A DNA stretch of 64,000 nt from contig NC_047032.1 of the NCBI RefSeq assembly GCF_902652985.1, forward strand, positions 30,628,001 through 30,692,000. The letters are read 5' to 3'. The stretch comes from Pecten maximus. Taxonomy: Eukaryota. The translations under genes and the position numbers were made by a program. Of this stretch, positions 1-12,956 are shown one piece after another (the stretch's first letter is position 1; every line of letters begins with the position of its first letter). The notes beneath the pieces were generated by a model. It had not been told where the DNA came from, searched no databases, and was given only the letters and a program-made list of their open reading frames with translations.

Positions 1-325
1 TTCCGAGGAATCGAATCTGTCCTGTGCAATATCCGTTCAAAGCCGCATCACTTCTAAATGTTAACCGTATAGCATTGCGCCGAAAAAACGGCTTGGATTT
101 TAAACGATAGGAAATTATGCAATTGTGAATAATTTGACGATATCTACAAATGTGTGTAAAACCATTGTATGTGTTTGCTATCAATAACGACATGAGGGAC
201 TATATTAATCGTTCTGGAAGTTTCGGCTGTTCCGGTATTTGAACCTGATGACGTCAGTGATAGGGGAAGCGGCAAATTTAAACGCGTCTTAAGCTACAGT
301 AAATAACAAAAAAATATGAATGTAA

Positions 326-498
326 ATATAAGCATTGAACTGTGGCCAAATGGTAGTATACAGTCGATATGAATACAATTTGGGTGACAGATAAATATTT
401 CATGTCTCCCTGACGGGCGACATTCTATTTATCTGTCACCCAAATTGTATTCATATCGACTGTATATTACCATTTGGTAACAGTTCAATGCTTAAATA
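326..498. mobile_element. Foldback (near-perfect hairpin) MITE-like element, related to the elements at 13418 and 44465
   Basis: Arms of about 67 bp (agcattgaactgtggccaaatgg...gacagataaata / tatttatctgtc...ccatttggtaacagttcaatgct). Termini taagcattgaac / gttcaatgcttaaata are shared with 13418-13670 and 44465-44688. Confidence 0.75.
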
Positions 499-683
499 AA
501 TACAAAGTATCTGGGTATTTTCTAAACCGGTGGCAATACTAATTAGAACTGACACGTGACCAGATTTCTAACATGTATACTTTTGTTATACCGTTTTATT
601 AACCCTACACCATTAACCGGTTAACATATGATACTGTGTCACCGTTGATACTGCCCTTCATTACACCTCGTAACTTATTACTA

Positions 684-2800
684 GGAGTTGTAAATGGAAG
701 TCGCTAATCCTGTTTAACGGTCCGTATTTTTGGTGGGAAGACTTCAGGTTTGCTAGTTGTCAGTATAATGTGACAGAAAAAGGTGACCTGGTGGGTGTCA
801 GTATAATGTGACAGATAAAGGTGACCTGGTGGGTGTCAGTATAATGTGACATGTGACCTGGTGGGTGTCAGTATAATGTGACAGATAAAGGTGACCTGGT
901 GGGTGTCAGTATAATGTGACAGAGACAGGTGACCTGGTGGGTGTCAGTATAATGTGACATGTGACCTGGTGGGTGTCAGTATAATATGACAGAGACTGGT
1001 GACCTGGTGGGTGTCAGTATAATGTGACAGATAAAGGTGACCTGGTGGGTGTCAGTATAATGTGACAGATAAAGGTTACCTGGTGGGTGTCAGTATAATG
1101 TGACATGTGACCTGGTGGGTGTCAGTATAATGTGACAGATAAAGGTTACCTGGTGGGTGTCAGTATAATGTGACAGATAAAGGTGACCTGGTGGGTGTCA
1201 GTATAATGTGACATGTGACCTGGTGGGTGTCAGTATAATGTGACAGATAAAGGTGACCTGGTGGGTGTCAGTTTAATGTGACAGATAAAGGTGACCTGGT
1301 GGGTGTCAGTTTAATGTGACAGATGAAGGTGACCTGGTGGGTGTCAGTATAATGTGACAGAGACTGGTGACCTGGTGGGTGTCAGTATAATGTGACAGAT
1401 AAAGTTTACCTGGTGGGTGTCAGTATAATGTGAAAGATAAAGGTGACCTGGTGGGTGTCAGTATAATGTGACAGATAAAGGTGACCTTGTGGGTGTCAGT
1501 ATAATGTGACAGATAAAGGTGACCTGGTGGGTGTCAGTTTAATGTGACATGTGACCTGGTAGGTGTCAGTATAATGTGACAGATAAAGGTGACCTGGTGG
1601 GTGTCAGTATAATGTGACAGATAAAGGTGACCTGGTGGGTGTCAGTTTAATGTGACAGATAAAGGTGACCTGGTGGGTGTCAGTATAATGTGACAGATGA
1701 AGGTGACCTGGTGGGTGTCAGTATAATGTGACAGATAAAGGTGACCTGGTGGGTGACAGTATAATGTGACAGATAAAGGTGACCTGGTGGGTGTCAGTAT
1801 AATGTGACAGATGAAGGTGACCTGGTGGGTGTCAGTATAATGTGACAGATAAAGGTGACCTGGTGGGTGTCAGTATAATGTGACAGATAAAGGTGACCTG
1901 GTGGGTGTCAGTATAATGTGACAGATAAAGGTGACCTGGTGGGTGTCAGTATAATGTGACAGAGAAAGGTGACCTGGTGGGTGTCAGTATAATGTGAAAG
2001 ATAAAGGTGACCTGGTGGGTGTCAGTATAATGTGACAGATAAAGGTGACCTGGTGGGTGTCAGTATAATGTGACAGATAAAGGTGACCTGGTGGGTGTCA
2101 GTATAATGTGACAGAGAAAGGTGACCTGGTGGGTGTCAGTATAATGTGACAGATAAAGGTGACCTGGTGGGTGTCAGTATAATGTGACAGATAAAGGTGA
2201 CCTGGTGGGTGTCAGTGTAATGTTACAGATAAAGGTGACCTGGTGGGTGTCAGTGTAATGTGACAGAGAATGGTGACCTGGTGGGTGTCAGTATAATGTG
2301 ACAGATAAAGGTGACCTGCTGGGTGTCAGTATAATGTGACAGATAAAGGTGACCTGGTGGGTGTCAGTTTAATGTGACAGATAAAGGTGACCTGGTGGGT
2401 GTCAGTATAATGTGACACATAAAGGTGACCTGGTGGGTGTCAGTATAATGTCACAGATAAAGGTGACCTGGTGGGTGTCAGTATAATGTGAGAGATAAAG
2501 GTGACCTGGTGGGTGTCAGTATAATGTGACAGATAAAGGTGACCTGGTGGGTGTCAGTATAATGTAACAGAGACAGGTGACCTGGTGGGTGACAGTATAA
2601 TGTGACAGATAAAGGTGACCTGGTGGGTGTCAGTATAATGTGACAGAGAAAGGTGACTTGGTGGGTGTCTTCGCCAGTATGTTTCGGTGAGATAGCGCTA
2701 TAAATTTCACGCTATCACAAGGAGACAAACACGAAAAGCCTCCAAAAGCACAAGCTCAACACACGCATGTTTTTCACACACAGGGTAGGCCATCCTTGGA
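684..2800 (+). mobile_element. Decayed SINE copy (same family as 47818-48221) split by an internal minisatellite expansion
   Basis: The left flank (aaatggaagtcgctaatcctg...gtgggaagac...gttgtcagtataatgtgac) and right flank (gggtgtcttcgccagtatgtttcggtgagatagcgctataaat...tatcacaagg...gcctccaaaa...cacacgcatg...aggccatcctt) align collinearly with the SINE at 47818-48221. Confidence 0.8.
759..2669 (+). repeat. Minisatellite, 38-bp unit (with a 32-bp variant), about 50 copies
   Basis: Unit gtcagtataatgtgacagataaaggtgacctggtgggt; variant ...gtgacatgtgacc... Confidence 0.98.
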
Positions 2801-3398
2801 ATTGTGAAACTTTATTAAAGATATATAACAAGGCATGGTTTAAGCGACAAACGAAAAACAACCTAGTATAAACAATGTATTTCAAAACGTTTATATATAT
2901 ATATATATTCTACGTTATACACGATGTGCAGCAAATTAATTGAGAGCAAATGTCTGAATTTGTCCTGATATTGATTGTAAACAAAAAAAGACAAATCCTC
3001 TGTCTACAGAAGACGAGAATTTACATAACTGCCGCGTGCTTTATTCTACCAATATAAGTGTACCTGTTACCAACGAATTACAAACAGTACGACAGCTAAC
3101 GGCCGATTTTGTTTAATATGTAAAAAGTCAACCCCGGTATTTTCGTTAAGTAAGCCATCTGATTTGTAAACGTGAAATAGAACACAACTCTGTGTCGTAT
3201 GTTTAAGGATTCGTCGGCTTTATGTGTCAGTCAGAGGAAGGTTTATCTTTTATGTCCTAGAATTTGTTTTATGTATAGTGTTGTTTCAGCATCAGTTAGC
3301 GGTGCAAAAAACAACAATAAATACCGACATAATAACGAGATAACTCGAAACTAAAATCGATTAAACTACATTTTGTAGGGCAACGTATAAACTGTATT

Positions 3399-6300
3399 GG
3401 AACTCCTGTACTTATTACGGTAATAATAAGATCACGGGAACTCCTGTACTTATTACGGTAATAATAAGATCACGGGAACTCCTGTACTTATTACGGTAAT
3501 AATAAGGTCACGGGAACTCCTGTACTTATTACGGTAATAATAATATCACGGGAACTCCTGTACTTATTACGGTAATAATAATATCACGGGAACTCCTGTA
3601 CTTATTACGGTAATAATAAGATCACGGGAACTCCTGTACTTATTACGGTAATAATAAGGTCACGGGAACTCCTGTACTTATTACGGTAATAATAATATCA
3701 CGGGAACTCCTGTACTTATTACGGTAATAATAATATCACGGGAACTCCTGTACTTATTACGGTAATAATAAGATCACGGGAACTCCTGTACTTATTACGG
3801 TAATCATAAGATCACGGGAACTCCTGTACTTATTACGGTAATCATAAGATCACGGGAACTCCTGTACTTATTACGGTAATGATAAGATCACGGGAACTCC
3901 TGTACTTATTACGATAATACTAAGATCACGGGAACTCCTGTACTTATTACGGGAATGATAAGATCACGGGAACTCCTGTACTTATTACGGTAATAATAAG
4001 ATCACGGGAACTCCTGTACTTATTACGGTAATTATAAGATCACGGGAACTCCTGTACTTATTACGATAATAATAAGATCACGGGAACTCCTGTACTTATT
4101 ACGGTAATAATAAGATCACGGGAACTCCTGTACTTATTACGGTAATTATAAGATCACGGGAACTCCTGTACTTATTACGATAATAATAAGATCACGGGAA
4201 CTCCTGTACTTATTACGGTAATAATAAGATCACGGGAACTCCTGTACTTATTACGGTAATAATAAGATCACGGGAAATCCTGTACTTATTACGGTAATAA
4301 TGAGGTCACGGGAACTCCTGTACGTATTACGGTAATTATAAGATCACGAGAACTCCTGTACTTATTACGGTAATAATAAGATCACGGGAACTCCTGTACT
4401 TATTACGGTAATGATAAGATCACGGGAACTCCTGTACTTATTACGGTAATAATAAGATCACGGGAACTCCTGTACTTATTACGGTAATAATGAGATCACG
4501 GGAACTCCTGTACTTATTACGGTAATAATAAGATCACGGGAACTCCTGTACTTATTACGGGAATAATGAGATCACGGGAACTCCTGTACTTATTACGGTA
4601 ATAATAAGATCACGGGAACTCCTGTACTTATTACGGTAATACTAAGATCACGGGAACTCCTGTACTTATTACGGTAATAATAATAAGATCACGGGAACTC
4701 CTGTACTTATTACGGTAATAATAAGATCACGGGAAGTCCTGTACTTATTACGGTAATAATAAGATCACTGGAACTCCTGTACTTATTACGGGAATGATAA
4801 GATCACGGGAACTCCTGTACTTATTACGGTAATAATAAGATCACGGGAACTCCTGTACTTATTACGGTAATTATAAGATCACGGGAACTCCTGTACTTAT
4901 TACGATAATAATAAGATCACGGGAACTCCTGTACTTATTACGGTAATAATAAGATCACGGGAACTCCTGTACTTATTACGATAATAATAATAAGATCACG
5001 GGAACTCCTGTACTTATTACGATAATAATAAGATCACGGGAACTCCTGTACTTATTACGGTAATAATAAGATCACGGGAAGTCCTGTACTTATTACGGTA
5101 ATAATAAGATCACTGGAACTCCTGTACTTATTACGATAATACTAAGATCACGGGAATTCCTGTACTTATTACGGTAATAATAAGATCACTGGAACTCCTG
5201 TACTTATTACGGTAATAATAAGATCACGGGATTTCCTGTACTTATTACGGTAATAATAAGGTCACGGGAACTCCTGTACTTATTACGGTAATAATAATAT
5301 TACGGGAACTCCTGTACTTATTACGGTAATAATAAGATCACGGGAACTCCTGTACTTATTACGGTAATCATAAGATCACGGGAACTCCTGTACTTATTAC
5401 GGTAATGATAAGATCACGGGAACTCCTGTACTTATTACGATAATACTAAGATCACGGGAACTCCTGTACTTATTACGGGAATGATAAGATCACGGGAACT
5501 CCTGTACTTATTACGGTAATAATAAGATCACGGGAACTCCTGTACTTATTACGGTAATTATAAGATCACGGGAACTCCTGTACTTATTACGATAATAATA
5601 AGATCACGGGAACTCCTGTACTTATTACGATAATAATAAGATCACGGGAACTCCTGTACTTATTACGATAATACTAAGATCACGGGAACTCCTGTACTTA
5701 TTACGGGAATGATAAGATCACGGGAACTCCTGTACTTATTACGGTAATAATAAGATCACGGGAACTCCTGTACTTATTACGGTAATAAGATCACGGGAAC
5801 TCCTGTACTTATTACGGTAATAATAAGATCACGGGAACTCCTGTACTTATTACGGGAATAATAAGATCACGGGAACTCCTGTACTTATTACGGTAATAAT
5901 AAGATCACGGGAACTCCTGTACTTATTACGGTAATAATAAGATCACGGGAACTCCTGTACTTATTACGGTAATAATAAGATCACGGGAACTCCTGTACTT
6001 ATTACGGTAATAATAAGATCACGGGAACTCCTGTTCTTATTACGGTAATAATAAGATCACGGGAACTCCTGTACTTATTACGGTAATAATAAGATCACGG
6101 GAACTCCTGTACTTATTACGGTAATAAGATCACGGGAACTCCTGTACTTATTACGGTAATAATAAGATCACGGGAACTCCTGTACTTATTACGGTAATAA
6201 TAAGATCACGGGAACTCCTGTACTTATTACGGTAATAATAAGATCACAGGAACTCCTGTACTTATTACGGGAATAATAAGATCATGGGAACTCCTGTACT

Positions 6301-7042
6301 TATTACGGTAATAATAAGATCACGGGAACTCCTGTACTTATTATGGTAATAATAAGATCACGGGAACTCCTGTACTTATTACGGTAATAATAAGATCACG
6401 GGAACTCCTGTACTTATTACGGTAATAATAAGATCACGGGAACTCCTGTTCTTATTACGGTAATAATAAGATCACGGGAACTCCTGTACTTATTACGGTA
6501 ATAATAAGATCACGGGAACTCCTGTACTTATTACGGTAATAATTAGATCACGGGAACTCCTGTACTTATTACGGTAATAATAAGACCACGGGAACCCCTG
6601 TACTTATTACGGTAATTATGAGATCACGGGAACTCCTGTACTTATTACGGTAATAATAAGATCACGGGAACTCCTGTACTTATTACGGTAATAATAAGAC
6701 CACGGGAACCCCTGTACTTATTACGGTAATTATAAGATCACGGGAACTCCTGTACTTATTACGGTAATAATAAGATCACGGGAACTCCTGTACGTATTAC
6801 GGTAATTATAAGATCACGGGAACTCCTGTACTTATTACGGTAATAATAAGACCACGGGAACCCCTGTACTTATTACGGTAATTATAAGATCACGGGAACT
6901 CCTGTACTTATTACGGTAATAATAAGATCACGGGAACTCCTGTACTTATTACGGTAATAATAAGATCACGGGAACTCCTGTTCTTATTACGGTAATAATA
7001 AGATTATGGGAACTCCTGTACTTATTACGGGAATAATAAGAT
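3399..7042 (+). repeat. Minisatellite, 38-bp unit, about 95 copies
   Basis: Unit ggaactcctgtacttattacggtaataataagatcacg, with the internal palindrome ttattac-g-gtaataa. Confidence 0.98.
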
Positions 7043-7091
7043 TAGACGTTCCCGAAGGGTAAGCGTCTTCTGCTTCATCAACGACTATTGT

Positions 7092-7790
7092 CATACAAAT
7101 CTAGGTCACGGCGACATCCATTATACAAATTTAGGTCAAATCGACGACACCCATCATAAAAATATAGGTCACGGCGACATCCATTATACAAATCTAGGTC
7201 AAATCGACGACACCCATCATACAAATCTAGGTCAAATCGACGACACCCATCATACAAATCTAGGTCAAATCGACGACACCCACCATACAAATCTAGCTCA
7301 AATCGACGACACCCACCATACAAATCTAGCTCAAATTGACGACACCCACCATACAAATCTAGGTCAAATCGACGACGCCCACCATACAAATCTAGGTCAA
7401 ATCGATGACACCCGCCATACAAATCGACGACACCCATCATACAAATCTAGGTCAAATCGACGACACCCGCCATACAAATCCAGGTTAAATCGATGACACC
7501 CATCATACAAATCCAGGTCAAATCGACGACACCCGCCATACAAATCCAGGTTAAATCGATGACAACCGCCATAGAAATCTAGGTCAAATCAACGACACCC
7601 GCCATACAAATCCAGGTTAAATCGATGACAACCGCCATACAAATCTAGGTCAAATCAACGACACCCGCCATACAAATCCAGGTTAAATCGATGACACCCG
7701 CCATACAAATCTAGGTCAAATCAGGGACATTCACCATACAAATCTAGTTAAAATCAGCGACATTCATCATACAAATCTAGGTTAAATCCG
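7092..7790 (+). repeat. Minisatellite, 33-bp unit, about 21 copies
   Basis: Unit catacaaatctaggtcaaatcgacgacacccrc; explains the repetitive ORF 7078..7440. Confidence 0.95.
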
Positions 7791-9503
7791 TGTTAAGTTA
7801 AGTCACGATCACATACGATATTTAAAAGTGGTGACATCGAGACGACAAGGTACATGTATATCAACAAACATATCGGCGTGATATCGAATAATAAATGGGT
7901 ACTGTTCACTAAGTCATTCATTAAATAGTATTTGTTATGGAATCATCCCCTTGTCAGATGTCCTTGCTGGCGCGAACTGGTGAAAACTAGTGGTCACTCG
8001 TCAAAGTTATGTATTTGTTATTAAAAACTGACCTTGAAATAACTCAAATTTGATATACAATGTATAATGTACTAATTGTAATTAGTGCATTAAGATACGC
8101 CACCGTAGAAGTACTCGGTAAATGTTATTCTTTAGCATTTCAATTTTTTTTCCAAACTGTTTCGCCAACGTCTACCATCTAATCTAATTCTTTGACAGTT
8201 AACCATTGTCTTAATATATGGAAAAATGAACAAGAACGTAGAAATATGTCTGACGCTTAACGATTATTCCAGACGGAAATAAATGGTTGGAGTTGCCATT
8301 CAGATAAGATGTTCGGTCGTCTGTATCCAATGAGTGGAAGAAATCGTATTATGGATGCTACAACCGAGGCTCTCAAAAATTGTACAATATTTATGTATTA
8401 TTACAATTATCAAATTTGTCCTTACTTTCAAACTCATATTGATTTAAGCATTTTATATTTCATACAAATGCACTTATAATATCCGACTTTGAAATTTCAA
8501 AAACAAAATGTAATAAAGAAATAAAACTTATTGAAATTGAATTGAGATGAGACACAAAACAACTATCTTACGTCATATTCCACAGTTTCATGTTCATTAT
8601 ACCAAGCATTGGTATCCCAAAATTTACACATAAGAAGTAATTGTTCAAAACGAACACGAAACCTTACATACATGAATTGATGTTGTTTATGTTAAAGCAA
8701 TCATTTCAAAGTTGTAGCAGATACTTTACTCTTCCTCCTAAAAAGCGTAGGGTATAGCACGTACAAATGTACCAGATGTATGTCGTTTTAAATATCTGCA
8801 GTTATTTTGTTTTGTTTTGAATTTTGTTTATTTTTTTTCTTTTGTCCTCATTTTTAATGTTTTTAGAAGAAACACCGTAAATAAGACGTATTGTTAATAC
8901 TAAAGTAATCTTTGTCAGAAAGCAGTGATATGTGTTCCCGTCAATATTAAGAAAACTATAATTATCTTTGTATTAAAAACAAATATAGCACGCGCGGTCA
9001 CTGCACTAAAACAAACTATTCACCTCATCAATAACCGTTTTACGTTACAAAATCTGTTTCTATGGTAATTGGTCCCTGGCGTAGCCAGGTTATAAGTAAA
9101 AACACTCGATATGAGATAAAAGTCCTAGTCATTATTTTATACCGGCAATGTGACGATCAGATATATTTTATTATATTCCCTCGTGAATAATGATGTAAAA
9201 ATAAGCCCCGACTGGTAAACATTCCAACACACTAACCCCAAACCCCTCAAACACTCTAGTGCATGATTGATCTGAGAAAATACCTATAGTATTAGTTTGT
9301 CGATGTCATGTGAAAGTCTGGAAATGGCACTTTAACAATACGTTCCTCGATACCTTCTTCTTCTCTTAAGGAACATTGAAGACACCAGGTGATCAGCTGT
9401 TCCATCGCAACACTGTCGATAGGTTGGTGTGTTTTTAAAAATGATATTCTTTCTTTTGTTTCCAATGCCCGGCCCCTTTAGATATAGCTGTCCTTACAAA
9501 ATG

Positions 9504-10620
9504 TACGAGGGCTGATCGATAAGTTGTGAGCCTCGTATTGAGGGATTTGAATTTTGCCGGACATATTGTATTATTTTACATCATCCCCTTCAGTATCTAC
9601 ATGTATACACTTTCGCCAGCGGTGTTTAAGGGCCTTAATGACCCTTTTATATTCCTTTTCGTGGCTGTTCAGAAAGTCATCCATTGCATGTTTCACGTCA
9701 TCATCGGAATGAAAGTAGGTGCCTGAAATAGCTGTTTTCAGTTTTGGAAATATGATAAAATCTGATAGAGCGAGATCAAGTGAATAAGGCGGATGCTCAA
9801 TGAATTTAAAGCCACAATCGTGAATGACAGACTTGTGAACAGGAGCATTGTCCTGATGGAATAAAACACCTTTAGTGATTTTTCTGCGGCGCCTAAGTTT
9901 AATATTTTCCCATAACCGCCTCAGAAGGGAGGCATAGTATGTGCCATTGATTGTTTGTCCCTTTTTGGAGATAATCTATCAGCAGAATACCATCTGCATC
10001 CCAGAAAACCGAGGCCATAACCTTCCCAGCTGATAGAACAGTCTTTGCCTTCTTTGGCGGGGGAGAATTGTTTCGATTGTTGTTTGACCTCCTGGGTACA
10101 ATGATGGACCCATGTTTCATCCATAGTGACAAATCTCTGAAGAAATTTGGCAGGATCTTCCTAAAAAGGTTAAGATAAGCACGCGATAATTTGCGCCTGG
10201 TGTGCTTCTGATGAACTCTCAGGAGTCATGGTACCCGTCGAGCTGAAAGCTTTCTCATTGCAATATCCTCGGTCGGAATGGAATGTACTCTTTCCTGTGA
10301 AATACAAACTCTACTGGCTATACAGTATATCTTTCTGTGACTCTTCTGTCAGTCACAACAATATCATGAACTTTATTGACTATTTCTGGGGTTGCAAGAT
10401 TGACAGGCCTTCCAGGACGGGGGGGGGGGGGGGGGGGGTCATCCTCAAGGCTCTGTCGGCCTCGCTTATATTCCGTCACACACCTTTTCACTGTAGCATA
10501 TGAAGGGGCATCTTTCCATATTGTTGTTACCATATCATTATGTATATCCTGAGGTGTTAAACCTTTTCATGCAAGGATTGGATCACTGCTCTTTCACCGA
10601 TTTTGTCCATTTTGCAAAAG
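9504..10620 (-). mobile_element. Decayed Tc1/mariner (mariner-type) transposon with frameshifted transposase; one TIR retained
   Basis: Fragments APSYATVKR, EDDP..RPGRP, FVTMDETWVHH, KKAKTVLSAGKVMASVFWDADGILLIDYL. TA+CGAGGG terminus at 9504; ATG at 10610; other TIR not seen. Confidence 0.9.
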
Positions 10621-10677
10621 CCGCTTGTCTTGTTTACTTTAGAGTGCTACCTGTATTTATATGACCAAGACTGTTAG

Positions 10678-10910
10678 CTAGACACCTGTATTTATATAAT
10701 CCCGACAGGTGGTGTCCCCTAGACACCTGTATTTATATAATCCCGACAGGTGGTGTCCCCTAGACACCTGTATTTATATAATCCCGACAGGTGGTGTCCC
10801 CTAAACACCTGTATTTATATAATCCCGACAGGTGGTGTCCCTAGACACCTGTATTTATATAATCCCGACAGGTGGTGTCCCCTAGACACCTGTATTTATA
10901 TAACCCAGAT
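10678..10910 (+). repeat. Minisatellite, 41-bp unit, about 5.5 copies
   Basis: Unit gacacctgtatttatataatcccgacaggtggtgtccccta. Confidence 0.95.
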
Positions 10911-11510
10911 TCTTGTTGTCCTTCTAGACACTCATCCTTAAATGACAGACTGTTGGAGCCCCCTAGACACCCATCCTTACATGACAGACTGTTGTTGTCC
11001 CACTAGACACCCATTCTTACATGACAGACTGCTGGTGTCCCCCTAGACACCCATCCTTACATTACAGACTGTTTGTGTCCCCCTAGACATCCATCCTTAC
11101 ATGACAGACTGTTGGTGTCCCCCTAGACACCCATCCGTACACGACATACTGTTGGGTGTCCCCCTAGACACCCATCCTTACATTACATACTGTTGGTGTC
11201 CCCCTAGACACCCATCCTTACATGACAGACTGTTGGTGTCCCCCTAGACACCCATCCTCATACGACAGACTGTTGGTGTCCCCTTTGACACCAATCTTTG
11301 CATGACAAGCTGTTGGAGCCCCTAGACACCCATCCTTATACGATAGACTGTTGGAGCACCCTAGATACCCCTCCTTAAATGACAGACTGTTGGAGCCTCC
11401 TAGACACATATACTTACCTGACAGACTGTTGGACCCCCCTATACACCCATCCTTACACGACAGACTGTTTGAACCCTTAGACACCATTCTTATACGACAG
11501 ACTGTTGTGA
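10911..11510 (+). repeat. Minisatellite, about 40-41-bp unit, about 14 copies
   Basis: Unit ctagacacccatccttacatgacagactgttggtgtcccc, degenerating rightwards. Confidence 0.93.
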
Positions 11511-12747
11511 GAACGATAAACACCTACCAATGTCTGAAACGGTTCTGTACTTTCTACTGTAAATGAAGCCAAATCACGCCATATATTATTTCGTGTCGTG
11601 TATATTTTATATAGCATGTCATTTAGTTGCAGTAACTGATGATATACCTACTGCCGGCATCTCAAGTTAACACAATTTCGGTTACCTCGTTGTTCGCGCA
11701 GATCACTTACTACGATACCAATTGTACCCAAGTGTGGATCTTGTAACATTTCGGTCTGCCGATTACTAAGATAAATGTCCACTTGACAGACTCCATCATC
11801 TGTAGACAACATCGTCAAACGTTTATGATTTCGGATATATCGATGCCTACAAAGGTGGAACGACAACAGACAGTTGTAATATACGAAAAATAAAAAGGTG
11901 AAATCAGAAGCGATATTGACAAAGTAGTCGTCAATAGCGACATCAGCGCTGGCCTAGTCTGACTGAGCAAGGTGGCGAGGCGTTAATAGGTCCCAGAAGT
12001 TTACCATTGTCTCATAAAGATTGATAACTTATAGACAATGTATGTTGTATTGATCTCATTGTTTTGTTTTTTATCAGTTTGTCACCTACTGATTGATTCC
12101 TAGGTTTAATATGTTTGGTCTTCTATGATAGGTATCCGACACCATTTAACATATCATGTTTCTTAATCAACTGTTCAATAGCTGGTAATGGTTATCTGAC
12201 ATTTATCTCTTTGATTGTCACTGAAGTGCCCTCAGTAATTTGTCAAAAGTCTTATCATTAATAATAATTATAAAACCGATAAACTTATCACTCTTTTAGG
12301 CTCGTATTGGAGTGATCAGGTGTGTACATGTATGGAAAGGAATTTGGGCACCAAGAGAAGATCTAAATAGTCAGTCGGGCGACCAGGCTCATTTAAACGT
12401 TCAATCAAGAAAATAAGTCCCCGCCGTTTTTAATAAAGGCTAATCTGTTATCCACTGAGCCACCTATTTGCCATCATGGATATATATTATTTTGAGGTGA
12501 GGTACTCCGTAGTTAATCACATCTGTATCTGCATATCGTTGTAAATATATCATTACTTAAAGGGCATTTGTTTGTTTTTGTCGAGTTTGATTATGGTTTT
12601 CATTGTAAACTTAAACATCAAGTCATTTGTAATATAAGCAAGAAAATGATTCATAGTCGAGTCAAATAATGAAATTCTAATAAATGCTTACATGAAAGTT
12701 AAAGTCATCGGTACATTTAAGTGTTCGTGTTGTTTGAAAGCTTGAAA

Positions 12748-12956
12748 CGCGGTGGCCGAGTGGTTAAGGTGTCCCGACACTTTATCACTAGCCCTCCACC
12801 TCTGGGTTGCGAGTTCGAAACCTACGTGGGGCATTTGCCAGGTACCGTTGGTTTTTCTCCTGGTACTCCGGCTTTCCTCCACCTCCAAAACCTGGCACGT
12901 CCTTAAATGACCCTGGCTGTTAATAGGACGTTAAGCAAAAACAAACAAACAAACAA
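12748..12956 (+). mobile_element. tRNA-derived SINE with V-type central domain
   Basis: Pol III box A (tggccgagtgg), box B (gttcgaaac), V-domain-like ggtttttctcctggtactccggctttcctccac, 3' tail cgtccttaaatgaccctggctgttaataggacgtt, then (caaa)n. Confidence 0.88.

Noticed and set aside
7078-7440. Repetitive ORFs here and at 18032-18286, 21838-22092, 22688-22929 and 30341-30766
   Set aside because: These are by-products of minisatellites whose unit length is divisible by 3; mostly non-ATG starts and no domain signal.
759-7790. CRISPR-like arrays (33-38-bp periodic, partly palindromic repeats)
   Set aside because: The units are contiguous with no unique spacers, there are no cas genes, and the context is eukaryotic.
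12290-12470. Old minus-strand SINE remnant
   Set aside because: The resemblance to the V-SINE layout is too weak to support by eye.
12748-12830. tRNA gene (also at 55960-56032)
   Set aside because: The A/B boxes run into SINE body and tail sequences; no proper cloverleaf or terminator.
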